A DNA stretch of 63,957 nucleotides, the filler included, from Elsinoe ampelina (Eukaryota): NCBI GenBank assembly GCA_010093995.1. It is 5 parts of 4 records of this genome, joined end to end, with 100 filler letters (N's around TTAATTAATTAA, not from the genome) between each part and the next. Parts side by side here need not be neighbours in the genome. Positions count along the whole stretch, not along the records: positions 1 to 10,654 come from ML992515.1; positions 10,755 to 41,194 come from ML992515.1; 3 more parts are not named here. One strand, 5' to 3'. Both the position numbers and the translations under genes were made by a program. Under the pieces are notes generated by a model. That model searched no databases and was not told the origin of the DNA. It saw only the letters and a program-made list of their open reading frames with translations. Positions 1-12,579 of this stretch are shown here, one piece after another (within the stretch, counting starts at the first letter, position 1; the number at the start of each line of letters is the position of its first letter).

Positions 1-3000
1 GTAGTACTTATTAGCTTATTCTACTATCCGTAACTAGGCAATAGCGAGGTTAGCCTTAGTAATAGCTAGTGCCTCTTCTAGTTGCTTAGTAAGTACGCAG
101 ATGTCGACCTTATTTAGCTTAGCTCTTATTAACGGTACGTCGGAAGGGGGCTAGAAGCTTAGCCTTAGCTTGTATTCTCTAGTGACCTTAAATAGTAATA
201 GCTTAGTACTCTCTAATAGGTTAATATTAGTGGAGAATTCTACGACTAGTAGAACAAGTGTCTAATTGCTAAAGCGTATAGCGTACGAATAGATAACTCG
301 CTTAAACTTACAATTTATAACCTCTAATTAGCTATCTATTTATAGATGCCCTATAGTAGACAGTTTAGTAGTAATCTTTAGGATTTAGTAGAGCCTTTTC
401 TATACGTCGCTAACGAACTAAGGGCCGTAATTCGAGGTAATACTATCTAGTAGACTATATAGTTTCTACATATAGAAGAATAATAGCTTAGTAGTCTCGA
501 ATACTAAAGTGCTACCTTCTCTAAAGAAGTATAGGATTAAATACTATTCCTTAGATAGGTAGTTAATAACATAGAGCACTACGTTATAGCTGTCTACTAA
601 AGGTAGACTAGTAATAAAGTCTATAGTAATGTATTACTATAGTCTTACTAGAATAGACAATAGCGATAGAAGGCTAGCTAGTAAGCTATAGTAAGCCTTT
701 AAGTGCTTATAGTTATAGTAGTTAGCGACGAACCTCTTAACGTTACTATTGTATCTAGGGATATAGAAAGTAGACTTAATTATAGTAGCCGTTTTAGTAG
801 CTCCTACGTGTATATAATTCTTCGATGTATAAACTCCTTAGATAACCTTCGTAGCTATAGAGAAAGGCACGATTAGTCGGCTATCGGCCTATAGTATTCC
901 CTTTTTAATTATAACATTAGTTAATAGTAGCTATTTCCTCTTTAGGAAGGCTTCTATTATATAGTAGATGCTACGAACTGTCTCGAAATTAGAGTCTCGT
1001 AGGTTAGCTTTAGCTACTTCGTCGAAAAGAGGTAAAGGCTCTTCTATAGCTAAGATAGGTGCTACGTAGATGTCTAGTTTAGTAGCTAAAATAGGCGCCG
1101 ATATAGGTAGCGAAATAGGAGGCGAAATAGGAGACAAACTAGATAGCGAACTAGTTTACGAACTAGATACTAAACTAGATCTTAGTTCGGCTCGGATTAG
1201 TAATCTAGTTTAGATGCGACCTAGATTTAGTTTGTCAATAATACGCTAATCTAGCACCTTATATAGTAGTAGCGTCTAGTATAGATTAGAGTCTTCTTTC
1301 GAATGTAGTATATCTTTATTTCTCCTTATAAGTGCGTCGGCTTTGCCGTTAGTAGCGCTAGGCCTATATATAATCTTAAAGTTAAACTACGCAAGGTAGA
1401 AGGCCTAGCGTACTTAGCGGTGTAATAGCTTCTAAGTCTTTATAAAGTACATTAAGGATTAGTAGTTAGTAAGGACGTAGATAGCCTTATTAGATTAAGT
1501 ACTTATAAGCTTAGAGGCCTACTCTTTAAAGGCTTAGATAATAGCTAGTAGCTCCTTGTTATAGATAGCGTAGTTACGCTTAGCTTTGTTTATAGACTTA
1601 CTAAAAAAGGTAATAGGCTAGAGAACGTCGGACTTATTATATTATAATAGAATTCCTATAGTAGTAGTGTCGGAAGTGTTAGTCTTAAGAACTATCTACT
1701 TTAAGCAATTAAAATGCGTAAGAATAGGCGTACTTATAATAGTGTACTTTATATAGTTAAAGGCAGTAGTGCATTTATCGTTCTATAGCGTAGTATCCTT
1801 CTTAAGTAGGTCGTTTAATAGCTTAGCAATAGTACTAAATTCCTTAATAAAGTAGTAATAGTAGCTATAGAAACTAATAAAGCTTCTTACCTAAGTAGTG
1901 TTACTAGGAGCTAGTTGTTTCTAGGCTTATATAGCTTCTATCTTCTTTAGATCTATTTTAACTCTATCTTAGCTAATAATAATACTAAGATACTTTACCT
2001 CTATTAGGTAGAACTTACTCTTCTTAATGTTAGTGTTTAGGCCTAATTCGTAGAGCCTCTAGAGCACTAGCTTAATATACTTAGCATACTCTCGGTAGGA
2101 GCTATTTATATAGATAAGAATATTATCTAGGTAGATCGACACGAAGCGCTCTAGTATATTAACAAAGTTGTAATTTATAAACTTCTACTAGACTATAGAG
2201 GCATTAGTAAGGCTAAACGGCATTACTAGCTACTTAAAGTTACTTATGTATATAGAGAACATAGTAAGGTCTTTACTATTAATAGAATTATAAAGGCAAT
2301 AGAAGGCTTAACAAATGTTAATCTTACTAAACTATTTAGCCTTACTTACGCATATAAGTGTTTCTTCGATAAGAGAAAGAGAATAGATGTCTTACTTAGT
2401 TACCTTATTAAGGCTATAGTAATTAACGTAAAGGCGAAGTCTACTACTAGACTTACAAATAAAGAGAATAGGTAAGGAATAGCTAGCTAAGCTCGGCGTA
2501 ATAAAGCCTTTATTAAGGTACTTATAGATAAACTATTCTACTATATCGAGCTCTTCTAGTAATAGGTAGCGTAGAGGTTTAGTGCGTAGTAGTTTAGCTC
2601 TATCCTTAAGTGTAATCTAATTGTTAAAATCTAGCCGATATAAAGGAAGTATATTAGATTACTCTTTAGAGAAGATATTAGTAAACTCTTATAGCTCCTC
2701 TAGGAGAACTACTATAGAATCTAGTTCTAGTTTAGAGGCTATTTAGTAGTAGTCCTTAATATTCTTTACTAAGATTATAAACACCTTATTCTCTTAGTAT
2801 TTAGCTACTAATACGAAGGTAGCAGCGCTAATAAAAGCGATAGTTAGCCTTTCTTACTTAGTGTTACTTACGTAGGTAGATACGTAGAAGAACTTATATA
2901 TTAACTAAGTGCTATAGGAGATTAGCTTAAACTTCTCCTAATTTAGCTTAAAGTTCGACCTAAGAGCTAGTAGTTAATATAGTCTAGTTCGTTCTAACTT

Positions 3001-6000
3001 AGTAGCCGAACTAGAACCTAGTTTATAAGTTGAACTAGAACTAAACTAGTTCTAAACTAGAATAGTAGCTTTACTAAGTTAGATTCCTAGATCTAAGCCG
3101 GGCTTAGATCTAGATCCTAGCTCTTTAATTAGCTACGGCAGCTCCCGCTTAATAATAACTAGTGAAAACTCTTCTTTATATATAACTCGGCTGTGTTTAT
3201 AATTAATAGTGGCCTTATTAGCCTTAAGCTAGCTAAGGCCAAGAATAATGTTAAATTAGCTAATATCTATAATACAAAAGGTAGTAAGGTTATTTAGCTT
3301 ACTAGAAATAGTAGTAGTAAGAGAAACGCTATATGTAACTTACTCTATTAGAACACCGTTATAGACTTAAAGCTAAATAGGACTAGCTAGTGCCACGGGG
3401 TAGCCGAAGCTCTTTAGCTTATTAAGAACGTTGTAATTAACTACGGCGCTAATAAGCGTACTAGTGTCGATAAAGGCTTAAAGTGTAATAGTGTAAGAGT
3501 AGTTATAAGGGTTATAAATAGTAATAGGAGTTATAATAGCGGGGATATAGTAGCTAATAATGCTATTTAGTAACTATATATCTCCGAATCTATCTCGAAT
3601 TACCCTTGTTCTACTAGAGAATAAGACTTGTTCTCTAGCTACTCGTTTCTCTAGCTAGATAGGTTAGTAGACTTATAATCTATTTCGGGGTTAAACTAAG
3701 GCTAAGCTAGATCTAGTTCGTAAGCTAAACTAGTATTAACTTAGTTACTTAATTTAGCTAAGCAATCCTAGAGCTATTATATCTCTTCTATAGCGCTAAT
3801 ACATGTAGGGCATATAGCAGCGTAAGTAGCCTTCTCTAAGGCGCTAGCTATACACTTAGTAGAGATATAGCTAGGCTTACTATATACATAATAGGTAAGT
3901 ACTAGAGCCGGACAAAAAGGCTATAGAGCACCTCTAGTAATAGAGCGGAAGGTAGGTAGAGCTATAGGCGCGAAGGTAGAATAAGATACGTAAGTAGGTA
4001 TAGTAGTAGTATAGCTTATAGCTAGTATAGAACGTAAAGCCTAAGTGCGCTTAGTGATAAGGTTATTCTATTAAATATTATAGTTAGTAGCGTAGGCCTT
4101 AGTAATAAAGGCAGTAAGATTATTAGTGTCGTAGTTAACTAGAGCATTACGTAGCTTATTAGATATCTTCTAATAGATTTAGTATAGCTACTCCTCTTTA
4201 GCGATCTTAGTGCAAAGGGCGTACTTATTAAACTCGCTAATAAAGGAGTTAAATGTACTATTATACTAGAAGAGGTTAGCGAACTAAGTATATATAGTAG
4301 CTCTATAGTTAGAATCCTCGAAGCGCTAGGCTAGGAGAGTAAGGACCTCTTCGATACTAATAACGTTATTACTAGCTAAGTCTATAATAAGAGTATAGGC
4401 TTCTCTAGAGAGGCGTAAGTATAGATAGGTAAACTAGGTATTCCTTATAGAGAAACGATCTACGTTAGTACATATCTTATTCCTTATCTAGTGCTTAAAG
4501 ACCTCGAACTACTCTAGTGTACCTATGCTAAAGATAGTAGAGTCTAGTATCTTTTCTAACAAGGTAGAGCTACGTATAGAAAGAGCTAGTATACTACGCT
4601 CTATCTCGTTTCTTAGTTAGTTTACCTTAGCCTTAAGCTCTTAGATTTTGTCTAGGTAGTAAGTAGCTTAGGTAGTAACGCTATTAGTATAGAACTAAGA
4701 TACGTCTAGTTTAGATTAGAGGTTACTAAGCTAGGCCTAAGTAGTATCTAACTTNNNNNNNNNNAATAGGCGTACTTATAATAGTGTACTTTATATAGTT
4801 AAAGGCAGTAGTGCATTTATCGTTCTATAGCGTAGTATCCTTCTTAAGTAGGTCGTTTAATAGCTTAGCAATAGTACTAAATTCCTTAATAAAGTAGTAA
4901 TAGTAGCTATAGAAACTAATAAAGCTTCTTACCTAAGTAGTGTTACTAGGAGCTAGTTGTTTCTAGGCTTATATAGCTTCTATCTTCTTTAGATCTATTT
5001 TAACTCTATCTTAGCTAATAATAATACTAAGATACTTTACCTCTATTAGGTAGAACTTACTCTTCTTAATGTTAGTGTTTAGGCCTAATTCGTAGAGCCT
5101 CTAGAGCACTAGCTTAATATACTTAGCATACTCTCGGTAGGAGCTATTTATATAGATAAGAATATTATCTAGGTAGATCGACACGAAGCGCTCTAGTATA
5201 TTAACAAAGTTGTAATTTATAAACTTCTACTAGACTATAGAGGCATTAGTAAGGCTAAACGGCATTACTAGCTACTTAAAGTTACTTATGTATATAGAGA
5301 ACATAGTAAGGTCTTTACTATTAATAGAATTATAAAGGCAATAGAAGGCTTAACAAATGTTAATCTTACTAAACTATTTAGCCTTACTTACGCATATAAG
5401 TGTTTCTTCGATAAGAGAAAGAGAATAGATGTCTTACTTAGTTACCTTATTAAGGCTATAGTAATTAACGTAAAGGCGAAGTCTACTACTAGACTTACAA
5501 ATAAAGAGAATAGGTAAGGAATAGCTAGCTAAGCTCGGCGTAATAAAGCCTTTATTAAGGTACTTATAGATAAACTATTCTACTATATCGAGCTCTTCTA
5601 GTAATAGGTAGCGTAGAGGTTTAGTGCGTAGTAGTTTAGCTCTATCCTTAAGTGTAATCTAATTGTTAAAATCTAGCCGATATAAAGGAAGTATATTAGA
5701 TTACTCTTTAGAGAAGATATTAGTAAACTCTTATAGCTCCTCTAGGAGAACTACTATAGAATCTAGTTCTAGTTTAGAGGCTATTTAGTAGTAGTCCTTA
5801 ATATTCTTTACTAAGATTATAAACACCTTATTCTCTTAGTATTTAGCTACTAATACGAAGGTAGCAGCGCTAATAAAAGCGATAGTTAGCCTTTCTTACT
5901 TAGTGTTACTTACGTAGGTAGATACGTAGAAGAACTTATATATTAACTAAGTGCTATAGGAGATTAGCTTAAACTTCTCCTAATTTAGCTTAAAGTTCGA

Positions 6001-7990
6001 CCTAAGAGCTAGTAGTTAATATAGTCTAGTTCGTTCTAACTTAGTAGCCGAACTAGAACCTAGTTTATAAGTTGAACTAGAACTAAACTAGTTCTAAACT
6101 AGAATAGTAGCTTTACTAAGTTAGATTCCTAGATCTAAGCCGGGCTTAGATCTAGATCCTAGCTCTTTAATTAGCTACGGCAGCTCCCGCTTAATAATAA
6201 CTAGTGAAAACTCTTCTTTATATATAACTCGGCTGTGTTTATAATTAATAGTGGCCTTATTAGCCTTAAGCTAGCTAAGGCCAAGAATAATGTTAAATTA
6301 GCTAATATCTATAATACAAAAGGTAGTAAGGTTATTTAGCTTACTAGAAATAGTAGTAGTAAGAGAAACGCTATATGTAACTTACTCTATTAGAACACCG
6401 TTATAGACTTAAAGCTAAATAGGACTAGCTAGTGCCACGGGGTAGCCGAAGCTCTTTAGCTTATTAAGAACGTTGTAATTAACTACGGCGCTAATAAGCG
6501 TACTAGTGTCGATAAAGGCTTAAAGTGTAATAGTGTAAGAGTAGTTATAAGGGTTATAAATAGTAATAGGAGTTATAATAGCGGGGATATAGTAGCTAAT
6601 AATGCTATTTAGTAACTATATATCTCCGAATCTATCTCGAATTACCCTTGTTCTACTAGAGAATAAGACTTGTTCTCTAGCTACTCGTTTCTCTAGCTAG
6701 ATAGGTTAGTAGACTTATAATCTATTTCGGGGTTAAACTAAGGCTAAGCTAGATCTAGTTCGTAAGCTAAACTAGTATTAACTTAGTTACTTAATTTAGC
6801 TAAGCAATCCTAGAGCTATTATATCTCTTCTATAGCGCTAATACATGTAGGGCATATAGCAGCGTAAGTAGCCTTCTCTAAGGCGCTAGCTATACACTTA
6901 GTAGAGATATAGCTAGGCTTACTATATACATAATAGGTAAGTACTAGAGCCGGACAAAAAGGCTATAGAGCACCTCTAGTAATAGAGCGGAAGGTAGGTA
7001 GAGCTATAGGCGCGAAGGTAGAATAAGATACGTAAGTAGGTATAGTAGTAGTATAGCTTATAGCTAGTATAGAACGTAAAGCCTAAGTGCGCTTAGTGAT
7101 AAGGTTATTCTATTAAATATTATAGTTAGTAGCGTAGGCCTTAGTAATAAAGGCAGTAAGATTATTAGTGTCGTAGTTAACTAGAGCATTACGTAGCTTA
7201 TTAGATATCTTCTAATAGATTTAGTATAGCTACTCCTCTTTAGCGATCTTAGTGCAAAGGGCGTACTTATTAAACTCGCTAATAAAGGAGTTAAATGTAC
7301 TATTATACTAGAAGAGGTTAGCGAACTAAGTATATATAGTAGCTCTATAGTTAGAATCCTCGAAGCGCTAGGCTAGGAGAGTAAGGACCTCTTCGATACT
7401 AATAACGTTATTACTAGCTAAGTCTATAATAAGAGTATAGGCTTCTCTAGAGAGGCGTAAGTATAGATAGGTAAACTAGGTATTCCTTATAGAGAAACGA
7501 TCTACGTTAGTACATATCTTATTCCTTATCTAGTGCTTAAAGACCTCGAACTACTCTAGTGTACCTATGCTAAAGATAGTAGAGTCTAGTATCTTTTCTA
7601 ACAAGGTAGAGCTACGTATAGAAAGAGCTAGTATACTACGCTCTATCTCGTTTCTTAGTTAGTTTACCTTAGCCTTAAGCTCTTAGATTTTGTCTAGGTA
7701 GTAAGTAGCTTAGGTAGTAACGCTATTAGTATAGAACTAAGATACGTCTAGTTTAGATTAGAGGTTACTAAGCTAGGCCTAAGTAGTATCTAACTTGTAG
7801 TAGTAGTAGAGAGCGTTAGTATAAGTGCCTTTTACCTACGTAGTCTACTTATTATAGAAGGACTTAACATAGTTAAATACGTCTCTTAGTGCCTATATAC
7901 TATACTCTTCCTATAGCTTCTTAAGGAGTATAGCGTTAGAGAGGGTAAAAAGATTATAGTAGGGAGAGTAGATAGAGGCGTTATTATTGT
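1..7990 (-). mobile_element. RIP-degraded Ty3/Gypsy LTR retrotransposon, family A (copy A1; integrase to gag, 3' end outside window)
   Basis: Reverse complement is colinear with the + strand copy at 41295-47357. RT YLDD is readable at ~2115-2135 (atctacctagataatattctt), the protease AFIDT at ~3460-3480. Stops are TAG/TAA from C>T and G>A changes. Contains the artefactual 3 kb duplication and is interrupted at 7991 by a Copia LTR. Confidence 0.9.
1723..7796. repeat. Exact tandem duplication 1723-4754 = 4765-7796 around a 10-N gap (assembly artefact)
   Basis: Both 3032-bp copies start aataggcgtacttata and end gtagtatctaactt and appear identical, including RIP mutations. They are separated by exactly 10 N. 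Confidence 0.9.
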
Positions 7991-8193
7991 TGTTAAGAAT
8001 ATAGCTCTCTCTAGATAATTAGGCTATAAAGTTATATAACCTTAAGTTATATCATGCTAAGGCCTAGAGATTTATAGCTGTTCTTTCTTCTAGTAGATAG
8101 ACTTCTTTTAATTAACTAACTCGTCTATTACCTAACTAGTGTACGATTAGTTCTATATAATATTCTACCCCCGAACGTGCCTTCTACTTAATA
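7991..8193 (+). repeat. 5' LTR of Copia element 1 (RIP'd)
   Basis: Starts tgttaagaat and ends ...cttaata. It is followed by ggttataagcc (8194-8204), the RIP'd form of the CAACA|GGTTATGAGCC junction common in fungal Copia elements. Confidence 0.7.
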
Positions 8194-10654
8194 GGTTATA
8201 AGCCTAGAGCTATAGTACAAGTATAGGATTATATATACCGTAGTTAAGTATCTACATTATTAAAATTAGGCCGGATTCTATTAGTATTCTCCTCTATTTC
8301 CTCTCTATTATCTTAATCCTAGACAGATTAGTAGAGGCAGTATAAAGCGTAAAAGACTAGTTGCTTAGTGCATTAAGTAGGACGTATTAAGACGTCTACT
8401 ATAGATTTATTTCTATAATTGCATAATAGCTACTATTTATTAGCTGTAAATAACTAAACAATATTTGTTTTATTACTGTTTTCTCTCTTAAGATTAAGTA
8501 CCTATTAATCTTATTAACAATTATCTAGTTAAGACTAGTATAGAGATCTTAACACCTAGAAGAATTAACTTAAAGGTTATTAACCTCCGGATCTTAACCT
8601 TTATCTATTTATTTATAAAATTCTCTTCTACTCTAGAATGTATCTTTAGCTATAGAAGACAATAATACCTAATTAAGGCAGCTAGTGCCTATACTCTCTA
8701 AAGACAACTATAAGAAGTAGTTCTAATAAATAGAGCTTTAGCTTACATTAAAGAAGGTATTATAGACCCTTACTTCCCTTACTAAACTATTAGTAATAAC
8801 TCTAAGTTTATTATTAACTTCCTTATTTAACTTCTAGTATTCTTCTTTATTAGTAGAGAAGAATAGTACTGCCCTTTACTAGATCTATAGATATATCTCT
8901 AAGAAAGATTAAGAGATAATTTAGGAATAGTAGTAGGCTAAACTAGCTTAGAAGAAGCTAAAGAGTAAGTACATAAAGTAGATAAGTATATAGGTAAGAC
9001 AACTTTAGAAAGAGTTTATAATATACACTATAGGTAATAATATAACTATCTTAGATGCTTAGTTATACCTAACTATATTAGGAAGGAGAATTAATAGATC
9101 TTTAGAGATTAAGTAATACTCCTTACTAATAATAAAAATTTAAAGACTACTTAGTGCTTTTCTAGCTTTATAGTTAACTATAAGAGATGCCTTAGATACT
9201 TAACTATACCTTAGTATAGATAAGATCTATAATATTCTTAAAGAAAAGAAAGTATAGAAGGGAGAAGAGGAATCTACTATATTTATAAGAGGTAGACTAT
9301 AATAAGGAACTAGTAGGAGCTTAAATTATATATATATCTTATATAAGGAACCTAGATACTCTATATTAAGGTGTCCTTATCTCTAATAAGCTAAGAAGCA
9401 TGTCTAGCTATCCTATAGAGTTACTAAAAGGAGTAGCTCTATAAGAAGGTAGTTACCTAAGCACTAGGAACTACTTAAACTTATAAGATAGCTTACTAAG
9501 AAAATAGACTCTCTTAAAGTAGCTAAATTAAGAAGGAGAGGCAAAGCCTATCTAGCTACTAAGAGAGGTTTATTATTAATATCTCTATCTCTACTACTAG
9601 AAGTTCTATCTAGGGATAAAGAGCTTAAAACTATAAGTTCTATATTAGAGGTTTAAGATAAGCTTCTACATTATTAGTAGATACTTAACTCTAGAGTATC
9701 TAACTATATAATAGATAAGCTAACTCTCTTTAGAGGCCTATTAAGCAAGATTTACACTTAATAGATCTAGGTTAGGGAGAGTTACCTTTAGTTATAGTTA
9801 ATAGGAACTACAATTATTAAGACTAAGAAGGGAGATAAGATAAAGATATAGGCTCTCTATATACCTAATCTTAGTATTAATTTAGTCTTCTATTACAAGC
9901 TATATGTAGATTTAGGCGTTTCTAGAGCTATTAATTTAAATTCTTTTCTTGTCCTTAATTAGTAGAAGCGACTATTACTTAAAGCTAAGATTTAAGGAGA
10001 GGTATATATAATCTAATCCCTCTTTAAGTTATTACTTTAGCTAGCTAATTAGAGGCCGCTTTCTAGATCTAAACCCGGCTCGGATCTAGGATTAGCTAAT
10101 TAGGATTTAGTATTCTATATAACTTATAAGGTGTCCCTTCTAGATATCTAACCTAAGCTTATACATCTAACCTAGGATAAGTAATATAAGGATCTTATTA
10201 ACTTAGGACCTAACAACTCTAAGATAGAGTATTAGCTCTAGTATAGGAGATTTACTTACCTTAGGATTAAGAAGCTTAAGGATCTTTATAAGGTTATAAC
10301 CCTTAAGAAACCTATTAACCTAAACTATAATCTATCTATCTTATATAAGGTCTATTCCCTTACTAAAATAAGGAACAGAAGAGGTAAAACCTTACAAAGA
10401 AGACCTAAAGTTCTTTAGCTTATCTATATAGATATCTATAGTCCTATTAAAGCAAGCAGGGAAGGATTTAGATACTTCCTTAAGCTTATAGATAGCTACT
10501 TAAGGATAATATAGATTATACTACTTAAGATAAGAGATAAAGCTCTATAAAGGCTTATTAAGTAGAAGCTAAGGGTTAAGAAGGAAAGTAATACTAAGGT
10601 TAAGGTTACTAGATTAAATAATACTAGTAAACTTAATAAGATCCTAAAGTAGTA

Positions 10655-10754
10655 NNNNNNNNNNNNNNNNNNNNNNNNNNNNNNNNNNNNNNNNNNNNTT
10701 AATTAATTAANNNNNNNNNNNNNNNNNNNNNNNNNNNNNNNNNNNNNNNNNNNN
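10655..10754. other. Artificial contig linker (44N-TTAATTAATTAA-44N)
   Basis: The same 100-bp construct recurs at 41195-41294, 48383-48482 and 60384-60483. The 12-mer places stops in all six frames. Confidence 0.97.
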
Positions 10755-11493
10755 AAGCTCCTAAAGCTAGGCTTTACTTAGAGCAAAGTAGATCTCTATC
10801 TTCTTATATACTATAATAAGAAGATTATTCTTTTAGTTTATATTAATAACATATTATTTGTAGCATAAAGTAAAGAAAATATCTAGTAGTTTAAGCAAAA
10901 ACTTAGTAAGATCTTTAAGATTAAAGATCTTAGTAAGGTTAATAAAGTTCTTAGGGTTAAAGTTATAAGGGATAGATAATAAAGCACCTTAAGACTTAAT
11001 TAAACCTACTATGTAGATAATATGCTATAGAGGCTTAATATAACCTCTGATAAAGTTACTCTAATAAAGTAGCTAATAGACAATAAGCTCCCTTAAAGAG
11101 CTTAGGAAGATAATATAAGGTTTAGTAGAACTAAATATTTATATACTATTAGAAGCTAGATATACCTTAGTACCCTAATAAGGCTAGATACTACCTTTGC
11201 CTTAGGAAGGCTAAGTTAGTTTATAGCAGATCTAATAGACAGTTATACTATTAAGATAAAGAGGATATTAAGATATATTAGATTAACTAAAGATCTTAGC
11301 ATTGTATTTAGGAGGAATAGAGGTAAGACTCTTAAGAGATACTCTAATTTAGATTATGCCTTAGATAAGTCAGATAGAGTTTCTATCCTTAGATATGTCT
11401 TTATACTTATAGGTAGTTCTATTAGCTAGATAAGTAAGAAGTAGAAGTCTGTTTTAACCTCTACTATAGAGGCTAAATATATAGTAATATACT

Positions 11494-11956
11494 TGTCACG
11501 AACCGTCTAAACATAGCCTACGCTAGTAGTCTAAGCTAAGCTAAGAACGAGGTAGTTCTACTTCTATAGTAGTATAGCACTAAGGTAAGAGTTAGAGAAG
11601 GTATGTCTTATAGATAATAAAGTATAATTAGATAGTATTATAAAGGCTAGCCTTAGCAATACTAGTGTTTACTATCTAGACAAGGTTAACTATAGTACTT
11701 ATATAAGGTAAGGACTACTCCTATATATATGTGTTCTTTACTGTGTACTTTATATGCTCTATATACTTCGTAGCGAGAGTCGGAGGTAACATAAAGTACA
11801 CGTCTACTAGTAACCTACGTGCTCTATAGTCCCTAGGGCAGAGCTACTAGAGAAGATAGAGAACTAGGTAAACGTCGGGCTAGGTCACGTAATAACCTTA
11901 GTAGTTTAATTAGTCCTAACGTCCTTACGCTTTAGCTGTCCTACTAGTTCGTAACA
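11494..11956 (-). repeat. 3' LTR of Gypsy B1 (463 bp)
   Basis: Inverted termini tgtcacgaac...gttcgtaaca. An adjacent polypyrimidine run (ttactctcctctctt) is the PPT on the minus strand. Homologous to 34673-35137. Confidence 0.9.
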
Positions 11957-12030
11957 TTACTCTCCTCTCTTAATCGAGTTGTTCTAATAAGTAAGTATCC
12001 TTCCTTGTCCTTACGCGCTATATACTAAAT

Positions 12031-12579
12031 ATGCCTCCTAGTTGTCGAAGGTATAGTAAATCTAGTATATCTACACGAAAGAATCTCTTAGAGTTTATTA
12101 AATTGTTTAGAACTAACATGCTATAAGCTTGCTCTTGTTGTAAGTTAAAAGGGCTAGACTATAAAGTCTACGTTCGGTTAGGTATTTATAGCTAGTATGT
12201 CGTAAGTAACTACTTAGGTTATAATATTCAGGTAACAAAATCGAAATAGTAGTGTCTCTAGTCTAAGTATATTCGTTTACGAAAGGAATTAGTTATAGCT
12301 AAGGCTACTAGAAAGAAAGCTAAAGAAGCTTATAAAAAGGCAAAAGAGGCTTGTTAAAGAGCTATAGGCAATAAGCTTCGCCTATATAAAGAGATATAAA
12401 AGTTAAAAAACAAGGCGGAGAAAGTAATCTCTCTAGAAGAGACTTATATTTAAGTCTTAGAGTAGGAGGAAATACTATTATCGGTAGATCCCGTCTTACT
12501 ATAGAACTAGTAATTATTTATGCCTAACTCTAATTAGAGTTCCTTACTTAGCAACGATTAAGGTACTTCTATTAGTTAA
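12031..12579 (+). pseudogene. Antisense accessory ORF of Gypsy B1: Zn2Cys6-spaced cysteine cluster plus coiled coil (RIP'd)
   Basis: ATG at 12031 (MPPSCRR...). Reads C-S-C-C-KLKGLD-Y-KVYVRLGI-Y-S*-Y-VVSNYLG-Y, where the TAT/TAC codons are RIP products of TGT/TGC. A K/E/A-rich helix follows. The 3' end is approximate. Confidence 0.7.

Larger units (their letters stand above)
7991..11493 (+). mobile_element. RIP-degraded Ty1/Copia retrotransposon (copy 1), interrupted in RNase H by Gypsy B1
   Basis: De-RIP motifs occur in Copia order: WHRRFAHLG-like (~10240-10265), IHIDICGPI (~10420-10448), then after a linker gap RT LVYVDD (~10833-10850), TRPD (~11175), GYSDSDYA (~11337-11360) and ISWMSKKQKSVSTSTMEAEY (11421-11480). 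Confidence 0.85.

Noticed and set aside
931..1137. 68-aa ORF
   Set aside because: A stop-free fragment of Gypsy A pol between RNase H and integrase, not an independent gene.
1723..7796. 3-kb perfect tandem duplication of gag-PR-RT as a biological event
   Set aside because: The copies appear identical despite heavy RIP and flank a 10-N gap, which indicates an unmerged contig overlap.
10699..10710. Recurrent TTAATTAATTAA motif (four times in the window)
   Set aside because: It is always centred in 44N+44N and is an artificial six-frame-stop linker.
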